Below are positions 49,185 to 60,151 of a DNA stretch of 64,000 bases, one piece after another. Every line of letters begins with the position of its first letter. Position 1 is the stretch's first letter. The DNA comes from Heteronotia binoei (Eukaryota): the NCBI RefSeq assembly GCF_032191835.1, contig NC_083231.1, positions 26,722,001 through 26,786,000 of the forward strand. Reading direction: 5' to 3'. The translations under genes and the position numbers were made by a program. The notes under the pieces were generated by a model. That model was not told where the DNA came from, made no database searches, and worked only from the letters and a program-made list of their open reading frames with translations.

Positions 49185-49478
49185 GACAATGTAATCCTAT
49201 GGAGAGTTAGTCCAGTCCAGTATTCCCTCTAAACTGAGTTAGTGTGAGCTAGCTCACAGTATTTTAGCCTCTGGCTCACAGTTCTGTCATAGCTCAAGAA
49301 GGAAAGCCCCAGAGCAAACTAATTTATGCAGTAGCCAAATCGTTTGCGCACAACTTTAACGGCAGTAGTTCACAAAGTAGAATTTTTTCTCACAAGTCTC
49401 CACAGCTTAGAGCGAGTATTGGTCCAGTCCAGGCTCATTGAAATCAATAGGTTTAGACTAGTGTCATTCTACATAGAG
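49185..49478. mobile_element. Palindromic MITE interrupted by M3 (49218-49421)
   Basis: AATCCTATG..CATTGAAATCAAT..CATAGAGGTTG palindrome; M3 has perfect TSD GTCCAGTC. Confidence 0.8.
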
Positions 49479-49790
49479 GTTGTGCTGACAGACCTTACTT
49501 GGGGTTTGTTCTGTCCAAACCTATGCTCTATATTAGTTTTCTAAACAGCTAGGAAAAACTGTTGAAAAGGATGAGGCATGTAGGATGTGTTGAGGCAAAA
49601 ATTTTCAATTGATGGGTAGGTGATTCAAGAATCTTACTCTGTAAATACTACAATACTTGTGCGGGGACATGATTGCTCTCTTTATGTATTTGAAGGGTTG
49701 TCACTTAGAGGAGGGCAGGAAACTGTTCCTGCTGGCAACAGAGGAGAAAACTCACAATAATGGGTCTAAATTAAGGGCAGGAAGGTGGAT

Positions 49791-50155
49791 TTTTGTTGTT
49801 GTTCAGTTGCACAGTCGAGTCCGACTCTTTGTGAACTCATAGACTGCATCATGCCAGGCCCTTCTATCTTACACTGTCCTCCTAAGTTCAATCACATTCA
49901 CATTCATTGCATTGATTAGACTGCCTAGCCATCTCATCCTTTGCCGTCCCCTTCTTCTTTTCTCTTCAGTCTTTCCCAGCGTCAGGGTCTTTTCCAGTGA
50001 GTGCTCCCTCCTCATTTGGTGGCCAAAGTATTTGAGCTTCAGTTTCAGTATCTGACCTTCCAGGGAACAGTCAGGGTTGATTTCCTTTAGGATTGACTAA
50101 TTTAATCTCCGTGCCGTCCAAGGGACTCTCAATAGTTTTCTCCAGCATCACAGTT
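49791..50155 (-). mobile_element. BovB (RTE clade) LINE 3' end
   Basis: Minus-strand reading LWCWRKLLRVPWTAR..ILKEINP..SLEGQILKLKLKYFGH..SLEKTL.LGK.E..RRRGRQRMRW; (CAA)n tail; TSD-like AAGGTGGAT/GAGGTGAAT. Confidence 0.92.
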
Positions 50156-50301
50156 GAGGTGAATATTAGGAAAACCCTTTTTACAGTAAGAGTTGTTCAA
50201 CAGTGGATCTGGCTACCTAGGGAGCTGATGACTTTGAGCTCCCCCTCATTGACAGTCTTTAAGCAGGGGCTGGACAAAGACTTGTCAGGGATGCTCTAGG
50301 C

Positions 50302-51104
50302 CAGGGATGGCCAAACTGTAGCTTGGGAGCCACATGTGGCTTTCACACATATTGTGTGCTCTTGAAGCCTCCATAGACCCCATTGGCTGGCTTTGAAAAG
50401 GCATTTTGTCTCTTTAAATCCCTTCTCCAAGCCAAGCCAGTTGGCCGCTTGGAGAATGCATTTAAAGTTGCTTTTTTCCCACNNNNNNNNNNNNNNNNNN
50501 NNNNNNNNNNNNNNNNNNNNNNNNNNNNNNNNNNNNNNNNNNNNNNNNNNNNNNNNNNNNNNNNNNNNNNNNNNNNNNNNNNNNNNNNNNNNNNNNNNNN
50601 NNNNNNNNNNNNNNNNNNNNNNNNNNNNNNNNNNNNNNNNNNNNNNNNNNNNNNNNNNNNNNNNNNNNNNNNNNNNNNNNNNNNNNNNNNNNNNNNNNNN
50701 NNNNNNNNNNNNNNNNNNNNNACAGCTTCAAGAGGGGAATGGATAAGCATATGGAGCAGAGGTCCATCAGTGGCTATTAGTCACAGCATATTGTTGGAAC
50801 TCTCTGTTTGGGGCAAGTGATGCTCTGTATTCTTGGTGCTTGGGGGGCACAGTGGAAGGATTTCTAGCCCCACTTGTGGACCTCCTGATGGCACTTGGGG
50901 TTTTTTTTTTGTGGCCACTGTGTGACACAGAGTGTTGGACTGAATGGGCCATTGGCCTGATCCAACATGGCTTCTCTTATGTTCTTATGTCCTTCCTTCC
51001 TTCCTGCCTGCCTGCTCTCAAACATCTGATGTTCGTATCTTGCGGCTCTCATACATCTGCCATTTACTCTGTGCTCTTACTTTAAGCAAGTTTGGCCACC
51101 CCTG
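50302..51104 (+). mobile_element. hAT MITE M1 containing a CR1-A fragment (50722-50988) and a 239-N gap
   Basis: TIRs; TSD CTCTAGGC/CTCTAGAC. Confidence 0.92.
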
Positions 51105-51339
51105 CTCTAGACTAATCCTGCGTTGAGCAGGGGGTTGGACTAGATGGCTTGTATGGCTCCTTCCAACTCTGTGATTCTGTGTGTAACTTTTGGTTTGCAT
51201 TTGCTTTGAGGCAACTCATGTAGCTTTCATATAAACCTTTTAAGTTAATACGCAATGAGTCTCTTTCAAAGAGCTAGTATGATGCCTACTAGACAGCAGA
51301 GCCCCAGATCCCAGTTCCTTTTCTGCCCTGAAGCACAAG

Positions 51340-51550
51340 GGAAGGGGCTGAGGCTCAGTGGTAGAGCACCTGCTTTGTATGCAGAAGAGACCAGGTTCTA
51401 TTCCTGGCATCTTCAGTTAAAAGGATCGGGTAGTAAGTGATATGGAAGACCTTTATAGATATGACTCTGGAATGTTGCTGCCAGTTTGGGCAGATGGCAC
51501 CAAACTTGATAGACCAGTGGTGGGGCAGTAAAAGGCAGATTCATATATTC
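51340..51550 (+). mobile_element. tRNA-Ala-head SINE with CR1-like tail (Squam2/Anolis SINE2-like), diverged
   Basis: GGCTCAGTGGTAGAGCACCTGCTT..GGTTCTATTCC; tail GGCAGATTCATAT. Confidence 0.7.
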
Positions 51551-52245
51551 ACAGTGGATGTCACTGAGCCAATCATCTTTCATCTAACCTACTTCGCAGG
51601 GTAGTTTATGAAGACAGATAGGGAGGAGGCAGCAATATGTGCAGGGAAGTTGGGAGAAAAACATAACCAATAAATTCACTCAGTTCCTTACAATACCCTT
51701 TTCCCTAGATTGTTTTGGTGAAGAAAATGATGCAAATATGGGTAATTTTGATTAGTTTTAAAAAAATATTTGGCATTACCATTTGTACTTTAATTTCTCA
51801 CACTGTACGTGCCCTCTTGTTTTCTTCCTTGGTTAGTGTGAAGGGGGAAAAAGGCTTTTGGCTTACTGGGTTTTCTAGCTGTTAAGTGATCCACCCCCAG
51901 GGTCTTGTGACACTGTTGGAGTTACAAAACATACTGAAAGGAAAGCAAGTTCCCAAAGCCTTGAATTACTCAGGTAAAATCAATATATGAAATTTGCGAT
52001 GGATTGGTCAGGGCAGGAATAGTTTGAAAAATTACTCTTGGGGTGGGTAGCCTAATAGCTCTGAAAGATGAGTGTGCTTTACCTTTTTCAGCAATGGCGG
52101 TTGTGTTCAACAATTCTTGCTTATGTCAGAGATGTACAGGGTGGAAGTACAAATATTTGATGCCATTTTTTTTCACCCTCCTTTCTTATCTTTGTCTGTA
52201 AGTAACCAGCTACCAGTAGTCCAAATTCCCCCCCTGGATATCATT

Positions 52246-52512
52246 TTGGTGTAGTGGTTAAGTGTGCGGACTCTTATCTGGGAGGACTGGGTTTGTTTCC
52301 CCACTCTTCCACTTGCAGCTGCTGGAATGGTCTTGGGTTAGCCATAGCTCTCACAGACCTGTCCTTGAACGGGCAGCTTCTGTGAGAGCTCTCTCAGCCC
52401 CACCTACCTCACAGGGTGTCTGTGGTAGGGGAGGAAGGTAAAGGAGACTGTACACCACTGAGACTCTGAGATTTAGAGTGAAGGGCGGGGTAAAAATCCA
52501 GTATCATCTTCT
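52246..52512 (+). mobile_element. tRNA-head SINE, long form
   Basis: TTGGTGTAGTGGTTAAGTGTGCGG head; GAAGGGCGGGGTAAAAATCC tail. Confidence 0.9.
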
Positions 52513-53593
52513 TCACCCATGTCATCCCAGGGACTCGACTGTCATGGCAATAACAGCAGTTGCGGTGACAGAACTTTTTGGTAGAACCCAGTTGAAGTGC
52601 TTCTGTAGAGCTTCTTGCTCTCTTCTCTAGCTGCTGGCTAAGATCCTAGCCTTTCCACCTTAACAAACACACCACCAGGCCAATCCTTGAACGCTATGAG
52701 ATAACATGGCCAATGTTACAGCTGTCCGGTTCTGTTGCATAAGAGGAGAGGCGGGGGTGGGGGTGGTCTTCAGCTCCAGGATAAGCTTAGAACTTGTACT
52801 GAGCTTTGCAACAGATATACGAGCAGGTGGCGAGTCCAGTGCACAAAGCAGAAGGATGTAAACGATGGAGCAGAGTGGGGAATCTGTTTCATTTGGCCGA
52901 GAATTGACTGTGTGTTTATGGCCAGAAAGATGTCTGAGAAGGCGGGGGATGGGTTCCCCTGGCATTCCTTCGACATATCATTGTGACAAGCTGACAGATT
53001 CATTAAACTCTGGCACTTCTGTACACCTCATTTGCGCTGTCTGGGTTTTCACCTTCAGGCAGCATATTTCTTCAGGTTGCACGATCGTGACTTGCCAACG
53101 GGAAACGAAGACGGGGGGTAGAACACAGCTTTATTGTGTGCTGTGCTTGATCTCGTCTGTGACGTTATCATTCGGTCCTGCTGGTAACAAGGATAAATTG
53201 CGGTTGCCGTTTTCATTGGGAGTTATATGGATTAGTAATTAGGCTCCCTGGGGCAGTTGAGAGAGCTTGGGTTCTGCATGCAAAATGGCTATCTCCTGTT
53301 CCCACAGGACCAAGCCATTGCTCTCTCTGATAACCAGAGATGATTCACTTGCTTAGGCAGGAACTCAGTCACCATGTTGCTCATTCATCTTTATTTTAAA
53401 TGTATTGTTCTATCCACACACACCCCTGGGGTGGGCTAGGCAAGTAATAAGAGCTTCAAGGAAGCAGGCATGTATAATTGAAGTTTGCAAACCGTGGATT
53501 TCATAAAAGCAGAAACTGACCAACTTCCATGATCAGCTAAAGCAAAACAGGGGTCTTGTGGTATTGTAAAAACTTAATTTATTATGGCACAGG

Positions 53594-53764
53594 CAGGGGT
53601 GGAATTCTAGCAGGAGCTCCTTTGCATATTAGGCCACACACCACTGATGTAGCCAATCCTCCAAGAGCTTACAAGGCTCTTTTTTGTAAGCTCTTGGAGG
53701 ACTGGCTGCATCAAGGGTGTGTGGCCTAATATGCGAAGGAGCTCCTGCTAGAATTCCATCCGTG
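53594..53764. mobile_element. Palindromic MITE M4
   Basis: Near-identical to 26835-27005. Confidence 0.9.
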
Positions 53765-53889
53765 AGGTGTGTGTGTGTGGGGGATCAAAGCCCATTGTGT
53801 GAGATGCATGATTGTTGCCTTCAGTTGGTGACCAGATCCACATAAGTAGGTGCAAGCGGAAGAAGGGGGGGAGGAGTCTGTGTTAGGAC

Positions 53890-54079
53890 TAGGGCTGTTT
53901 TTGAGCGAGAATGCACAGGAATGCAGTTCTGGCTGGCTTGGTGTCAGTGGGTGTGGCCTAAAATGCAAATGAGCCCCTGCTGGGCTTTTCCTAAAAAAAA
54001 AAAAAGCCCTGCGCAAAACAATGCTGATAATCAGGGGGTGTGGCCTAATACGCAAATGAGTTCATGCTGGGCTTTTTTG
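53890..54079. mobile_element. hAT MITE M5
   Basis: Perfect TSD GTTAGGAC; right TIR shortened. Confidence 0.85.
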
Positions 54080-54316
54080 GTTAGGACTAAACAAGGTTAG
54101 AAGAGCTGGAAATCCCAGAGGTAGGGGTGAATGTAGCACACAACTGAAAAATAAGATGGAATCAGAGTGAGTACTAGGGACCTTTCCCAACTGGAGATGA
54201 CCTGGGAGAGGAAAGTGGACGATCAAGATCAGCACTTGGTTAATTTTGTAAACTAAAAAGAAATTGCAACTGGGCAATTGTGCTAACTTTGCCAGCAACT
54301 TTATGGTAGTGAGAAG

Positions 54317-54734
54317 CAAGACTCCCTCTAAGCTGCGGGGTCTTTTGAGCAAAAATTCTACTTTGTGAGCTACTGACATATGAACATGAACATATGAAGC
54401 TGCCTTATACTGAATCAGACCCTTGGTCCATCAAAGTCAGTATTGTCTTCTCAGACTGGCAGCGGCTCTCCAGGGTCTCAAGCTGAGGTTTTTCACACCT
54501 ATTTGCCTGGACCCTTTTTTGGAGATGCCGGGGATTGAACCTGGGACCTTCTGCTTCCCAAGCAGATGCTCTACCACTGAGCCACTGTCCCTCCCCAACA
54601 TTAAAGTTGTGAGCTGCTGCATCAATTAGTTTGCTCTGGGGCCATTTCTCCCTGAGTTAAGACAAAAATCTGTGAGCCAGAGCTGAAAAAACCTGTGAGC
54701 TGGCTCACACTAATTCAGCTTAGACAGAATACTG
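54317..54734. mobile_element. hAT MITE M3 with a Squam2-like SINE inserted (54380-54596, minus strand)
   Basis: TSD GTGAGAAG/GTGGGAAG; SINE has tRNA-Ala-like head and (ATGTTC)n tail. Confidence 0.9.
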
Positions 54735-54741
54735 GTGGGAA

Positions 54742-54948
54742 GTGCTGTCCGATCACAGCTATGGTGACCCTGTTGGGTTTTCGGCAAGAGACTTTTAGAG
54801 GGGGTTTGCCATTGCCTGCCTCAGCATAGCAACCCTTGGTGGACTTCCTTGTCAGTCTCCCATCCAGTTACCAACCAGGGGTGACCCCTGCTTAAATTCT
54901 GAGATCTGACAAGTGTGGGCTAACATTGGCCATCCAGTTCAAGGTCAG
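54742..54948 (-). mobile_element. 5S-derived SINE with RTE-type tail
   Basis: GGTTTGCCATTGCCTGCC..GTCTCCCATCCAGT..CCTGCTTAAATTCTGAGATCTG. Confidence 0.75.
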
Positions 54949-54966
54949 TGCTGGTATACCCTAGTT

Positions 54967-55100
54967 CAGGGGTGGCCAATGGTAGCTCTCCAGATTTTTT
55001 TGCCTACAACTCCCATCATCCCCAGCCAGCATGGCCAATGGCTGGGGCTGATGGGAGCTGTAGGCAAAAAACATCTGGAGAGCTACCGTTGGCATCCCCT
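54967..55100. mobile_element. Short palindromic hAT-like MITE
   Basis: CTACAACTCCCATCATCCCCAGCCA / TGGCTGGGGCTGATGGGAGCTGTAG arms. Confidence 0.8.
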
Positions 55101-55169
55101 AGTTGAAAGGAACAGGCGATAAATTGATACATGGATTTAAGTGAATTTAATCGGGTTAGTAGTTTGAAG

Positions 55170-55373
55170 TAGGGCTTTTTTGAGCAGGAATGCACAGGAA
55201 CGCAGTTCCAGCTGTCGTGGTGTCGGTGCGGTGGGTGTGGCCTAATATGCAAATGAGTTCATACTGGGCTTTTTCTGCAAAAAAGTCCAGTGTGAAACAA
55301 AGGTGATGTCAGGGGGTATGACCTAATATGCAAATGAGTTCCTGCTGGGCTTTTTCCTACAAAAAAAGCCCTG
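55170..55373. mobile_element. hAT MITE M5
   Basis: Perfect TSD GTTTGAAG; two ATGCAAAT. Confidence 0.92.
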
Positions 55374-55684
55374 GTTTGAAGTAAATCGTACGGAGCTATT
55401 TGCGTGACTCTCTAGTTTTGTGCGAAATTAGGGTTATGATGCCTGTTCTCTTCAGAGAATGCAAGCCAAGTTGTTAGTTTGGAAAGGGGACAAAGGTGGA
55501 GGTTTCTTCTGTTCACATCTTGCTGTTTGTGATGACAAAGCTCTTGGACGCTGCCAGCCCCACACAGTTGGTCATTTGACTGTCGCAAATAATGGTGCAA
55601 GGTTCTGAACATATTTCTGGAGATCCCTTATTCAGTTGACTCCTGTTTACCCTTAAAGGGTCAGCAACCTAACTAGGAAGAAGT

Positions 55685-55957
55685 TGATGATGATGAAGAT
55701 ACTGGATTTATATCCCTCCCTTCAGTCTGAGTCTCAGAGTGGCTCACGATCTCCTTTACCTTCCTCCCCCACCACAAACACCCTGTGAGGTAGGTGGGGC
55801 TGAGAGAGCTCTCACAGAAACTGCCCTTTCAAGGACAGTTCTGCGAGAGCTATCGCTAACCCAAGACCAGCAGCTGCAAGTGGAGGAGTGGGGAATCCAA
55901 CCTGGTTCTCCCAGATAAGGGTCTGCGCACTTAACCACAACACCGAACTGGCTCTCC
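55685..55957 (-). mobile_element. tRNA-head SINE, long form
   Basis: Full-length copy. Confidence 0.9.
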
Positions 55958-56099
55958 TGTAGCTTCCTAAAGCTAAGGCATCCTACTGTGATGGATATTA
56001 CTGTGATGAATCCAGCATTCAGAATTGAATAGTTCTCCTTCTGCTTGTAAGGTTAAGGGACAAACCGCCAAAACAATGGAGGTCCTTTCGCTTAAGAAA

Positions 56100-56398
56100 G
56101 TCACGTGGCGCAGAGTGTTAAAGCTGCAGCACTGCAGTCCTAAGCTCTGCTCACGACCTGAGTTCGATCCCCCAGTGGAAGCTGGGTTTTCAGGTAGCCG
56201 GCTTGAGGTTGAGCCAGCCTTCCATCCTTCCGAGGTTGGTAAAATGAGTGCCCAGCTTGCTGGGGAAAAAGCGTAGATGACCGGGGAAGGCACTGGCAAA
56301 CCATCCTGTAAAAAGTCTGATGTGAAAACATTGTGAAAGCAATATCACCCCAGAGTCGGAAAAGACTGGTGCTTACGTAGGAGATCTTTCCTTTCCTT
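56100..56398 (+). mobile_element. Sauria SINE
   Basis: Matches 1150-1438. Confidence 0.85.
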
Positions 56399-57089
56399 TG
56401 CTTAAGAACCTTCCCTGGGATGATCTGCTGTATGCAAAAGTGGCATTGTCTGTGGTCCAACTGAATGGCTTTTCTGTGACATTGGAGCAACTAAGCCCAT
56501 AGTGGTCTACCTTTCCTTTTCTTTATTAGCTTCAATGATCAGAGGTATTAAGCTCAACCAGGATATATCAGTTATTGAAACAGATATGGATATACAACAT
56601 TACTCACAATATTCACAGAATTCAAAAATTACAGGCAAAATAATCAAATCTAAAAAAGAACAAACTATTAAAAGAGGAATTTCTAATAAAACCTATCGTT
56701 CACCTAAAAACATCATGTTAGACAAATGTATACCAGATTCTTTTACAATCAGACCAATCCAGATTTTTGCCATTTTACAGATAAAAATTATCGTTAAAAA
56801 TTTTGTAATAAAATAGGTGATTTCAGGAGTGACATCTGCCAACAAGTAGGGAACCACCCAAAGTTCAGTTGGTAGTTGGTGTTTGGTAAGAATGGGAGTT
56901 AGTGGTCTACCAATACTAAAGAATGCCTACAAATATTAACACAGGCCCACTGGGTCAGGGAAATAAGTGGCATGAAGAGCTTTGGGTAGTGCAGAGAAGT
57001 TCATGCAGAGGAGAAGGAGACAAAACTGAGGAAGGAGAAGGAAACAAAAGAAGATAGCCAAGAATGTGAATTCCCAAGAAAGACAGAAC

Positions 57090-57440
57090 AAAGTTGGAGT
57101 CCAGTAGCACCTTTAAGTGCTACATATAGCTTGTAGCATCACTAACTGTATCCCATTTCATTGTTTGATGAAGTGTGCTTTTAGCACACGAAAGCTTACA
57201 TTCTCAATAAACCTTTGTTCGCCTTAACGGTGATACTGGACTCCGACTTTGTCCTTTTGCTTCAGACCAACATGGCTGCCCACCTGGATCTAACCACTGG
57301 GGAAGATGTTTGACATTTGCCACCCCTTATGCCACAGAACCTTTTGCTAGAATAAATTCTGAGTCCAGCAGCACCTTTAAGACCAGCAAAGTTTGATTTT
57401 GGGTATAAGGTTTTGCGCACATGCAGACTTCTGCTAGTTG
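57090..57440. mobile_element. Cluster of hammerhead-family short elements in both orientations
   Basis: 29-bp inverted repeat (57090-57118 vs 57223-57251), element tail to ~57295, reverse copy at 57350-57440. Confidence 0.7.
57160..57203 (+). ncRNA. Minimal type-I hammerhead ribozyme motif (C3U variant) in a Penelope-derived short element
   Basis: TGT-[T]TGATGA-A-GTGTGCT-TTT-AGCACAC-GAAA-GC-TTA-CA: core, 7-bp stem II, AGCU palindromic stem III, UUA cleavage triplet, short helix I. Confidence 0.7.
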
Positions 57441-57916
57441 TATTTCAAAAGGCATGGGCAGTAATAGTTTGGTCTTGGGGTTCTGGTTAAATTGCTCTGC
57501 CAGATTTTATATATGGGAAACAAGGAGGAATGGAAATATGTTTCTGAATTTCACAAAGGTCTTCCCATATCACCTTGCTATTAATTGAAGCCTTATACAG
57601 AATATATGAGAATGCATATATAGAGAGAGGATAGATGTGGAAGGTTCCTGGCTCCTGCAGTCTTTGTAAACTGTCCTCTGAGAATAAATTTGGATGCCCT
57701 AATCTAGGGCATATTGATTTGTGCAAATGGTTAGCCAAGTAGTTAAGACTATCAAATAATAAATCTCCATCTGTAAATACAATATGTCTGCTTGCGCTGT
57801 GTTGCGGCAGTCTCTTCCAGTGCAAGAGAATGAACTGGCGGGGCGGAGGGGGGGGGAAGCTTGAGGAACTTCCAGCATGTTCTGGAGCCAACTCAAAAAT
57901 CACCCAGGGTCTATAA

Positions 57917-58398
57917 CAGGGGTGGCCAAACTGGGGCTTGGAAACTACATGTGGCTCTTTCGCAAGTATTGTGTGGCTCTTGAAGCCGACACCACCTTGT
58001 CGGCTGACTTGGAAAAGACATTTCTCTGTTTAAATCACTTCTCCAAGCCAGTTGGCAGCTTGGAGAATTCATTTAAAGTTGATTTTGTTNNNNNNNNNNN
58101 NNNNNNNNNNNNNNNNNNNNNNNNNNNNNNNNNNNNNNNNNNNNNNNNNNNNNNNNNNNNNNNNNNNNNNNNNNNNNNNNNNNNNNNNNNNNNNNNNNNN
58201 NNNNNNNNNNNNNNNNNNNNNNNNNNNNNNNNNNNNNNNNNNNNNNNNNNNNNNNNNNNNNNNNNNNNNNNNNNNNNNNNNNNNNNNNNNNNNNNNNNNN
58301 NNNNNNNNNNNNNCATCTGATGTTCATGTCTTGCAGCTCTCAAACATCTGACATTTATTCTTTGTGGCTCTTACATTAAGCAAGTTTGGCCACCCCTG
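57917..58398 (+). mobile_element. hAT MITE M1 spanning a 224-N gap
   Basis: TSD GTCTATAA/GTGTATAA. Confidence 0.9.
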
Positions 58399-58741
58399 GT
58401 GTATAAACTCCTGCTGAAAATGGGGCATCATGATTGGTTCTTGCTGAATCTAGTTCTTCTGCAGTGTAGATCTTTGACCCTCTTTTTTGAGGTCTGCAAA
58501 TTGGACATGAATTTATCTGAGTATCTAGCATAGGATATTTTGTGTAACTCCATAGCTCAACTTGTGTCACCTGGGTGGGAGCCCAAGTCACTACAACAGG
58601 CTCAGGTTGATCTAGGTGCCTTCCAAGTGAACAGTGAAAATGGGACCCTGCTATTGCCTTAGTAGGCGCACACTGGACCCAATAAGGGAAGACAGACTCC
58701 CATTCTGCATGAAACAAATTAAGTGGCTTATTTGCAAGACT

Positions 58742-58965
58742 GTGTGATGTGTTGTTAGCATGTTGGACTAGGATCTGGGAGACCCAGGTTTGAATCCCCT
58801 TTCTGCCATGGAAGTTTGCTGGGTGGCCTTTGGCCAGCTACACACCCTCAGCCCAACCTACCTTACAGGGTTGTTGTGAGGAAAAAATAGAAAGGAGAAT
58901 AATATAAACTGATTTTGGTCCCCATGAAGGAGAAGGAGAGGGTATAAATGAAGTAAGTAAATAAA
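58742..58965 (+). mobile_element. Squam3/MIR-like short SINE
   Basis: GGACTAGGATCTGGGAGACCCAGGTTTGAATCC; CCTACCTTACAGGGTTGTTGTGAGG. Confidence 0.8.
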
Positions 58966-59244
58966 CTGATAAATAAATTTGACATAATGATGAACGAAAG
59001 GATAAAGACCTAAAATGAAAGATGAAGAGGTATAGTGGAGGGGTGAAGGAATGAATGAACATAATGAAGACAAAGCTACTGAAATGCTGGGAGCAAAGGA
59101 ATAAAAAGTACATGGTTGTAGGGAAATGTAATTGGATTGAATCTCTATTTTTGGTTTTCCCAAACTGGTAATCCCAGATCACATCTGATCCTGAACACTT
59201 AAACCATGTCATGCCGCACATGTTTCATGCTGTTCTACTGAGAA

Positions 59245-59330
59245 GGGTGTAGTAGAAAAGAGTAAGAGTCAGCAGCACCTTAAAGACTAACAAAATTTGT
59301 GTCAGGGTATGAGTTTTCATGAGTCACTTC
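59245..59330 (-). mobile_element. Hammerhead-family short element, degenerate
   Basis: GAGTCAGCAGCACCTTAAAGACTAACAAAATT..GGTATGAGTTTTCATGAGTCACTTC. Confidence 0.6.
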
Positions 59331-60151
59331 TCATGTCTTCAATTACAGTTTCCCTGTAGTTTCCCTGTTCAGCTCCCTTGACACAAAACTGAGGTGTGGT
59401 CTGAACCCTAGTCCAGGTGTGTTCCTAACTCACCGTTTCATCCTTTGGTGTAACCTTCTCCTTGCAGATAAGTACGTAAGTTTTTACCTTGTTCACGGGG
59501 TCTGTGTAAGAGAAAAGGTAACCTAAGCAAACCCAGCAGTTCTGGAGTTTCCATAGCGCTGGTTCAATTTACTCGGTTTGTGAACAGAAAAGCTTAGCTG
59601 CCCAATACCCTGTCTGTTTGTCCTTGTCTTTGTTTCTTGGCTTCCAAAGACATCAATCTGTTCGCCTCTGGCTCTCTGAGGCATGATTCTTTCCATTAGC
59701 TGTTGCTGGAACAACAGCACTGCCTTGTACAGAGGGAAGGTTGTTGAATCAACAATGTGCCCCATTGATTTCGGTGAGCCTGTTCAAACACGGTCTCTGT
59801 TGCTCAGAATTAGAAAGTCACATAGAACTTGACAGCCCACAAGCTTCTTTATTCTAGAAATTGAAAGGAGCGTTGGCCAAAATTCAGTGTACTTCAGGGT
59901 TACCGAAGGCTTATTTTTACTGTACTGTGCAATCAAACTATGACTGGTATAAATTCTCTGTGAAGCGATTGGCCAGGGGATTAAATAGGGTAGCACTGTG
60001 ATGCAGAGTCAGTATAGCATAGTGGTTAAGAGGGCTCAGAACTGGATCAGGGAGACCCAAGTTCAAATTAGGGATGCCAGCCTCCACATGGGAATCCACT
60101 GGGATTATAGCTGATCTCCAGGCTACAGAGATCAGGACCCTGGAGAAAATA

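Larger units (their letters stand above)
49655..51185 (+). mobile_element. CR1-B 3' end carrying nested BovB, M1 and CR1-A insertions
   Basis: GDMIALFMYLKGCHLEEGRKLFLL (ORF 49657); pieces collinear with 17440-18716; ends CCAACTCTGTGATTCTGTG. Confidence 0.9.

Noticed and set aside
54521-54596. tRNA-Ala-like gene (also ~51345-51415)
   Set aside because: It is the head of a SINE, continuous with the SINE body and tail, with a degenerate anticodon arm
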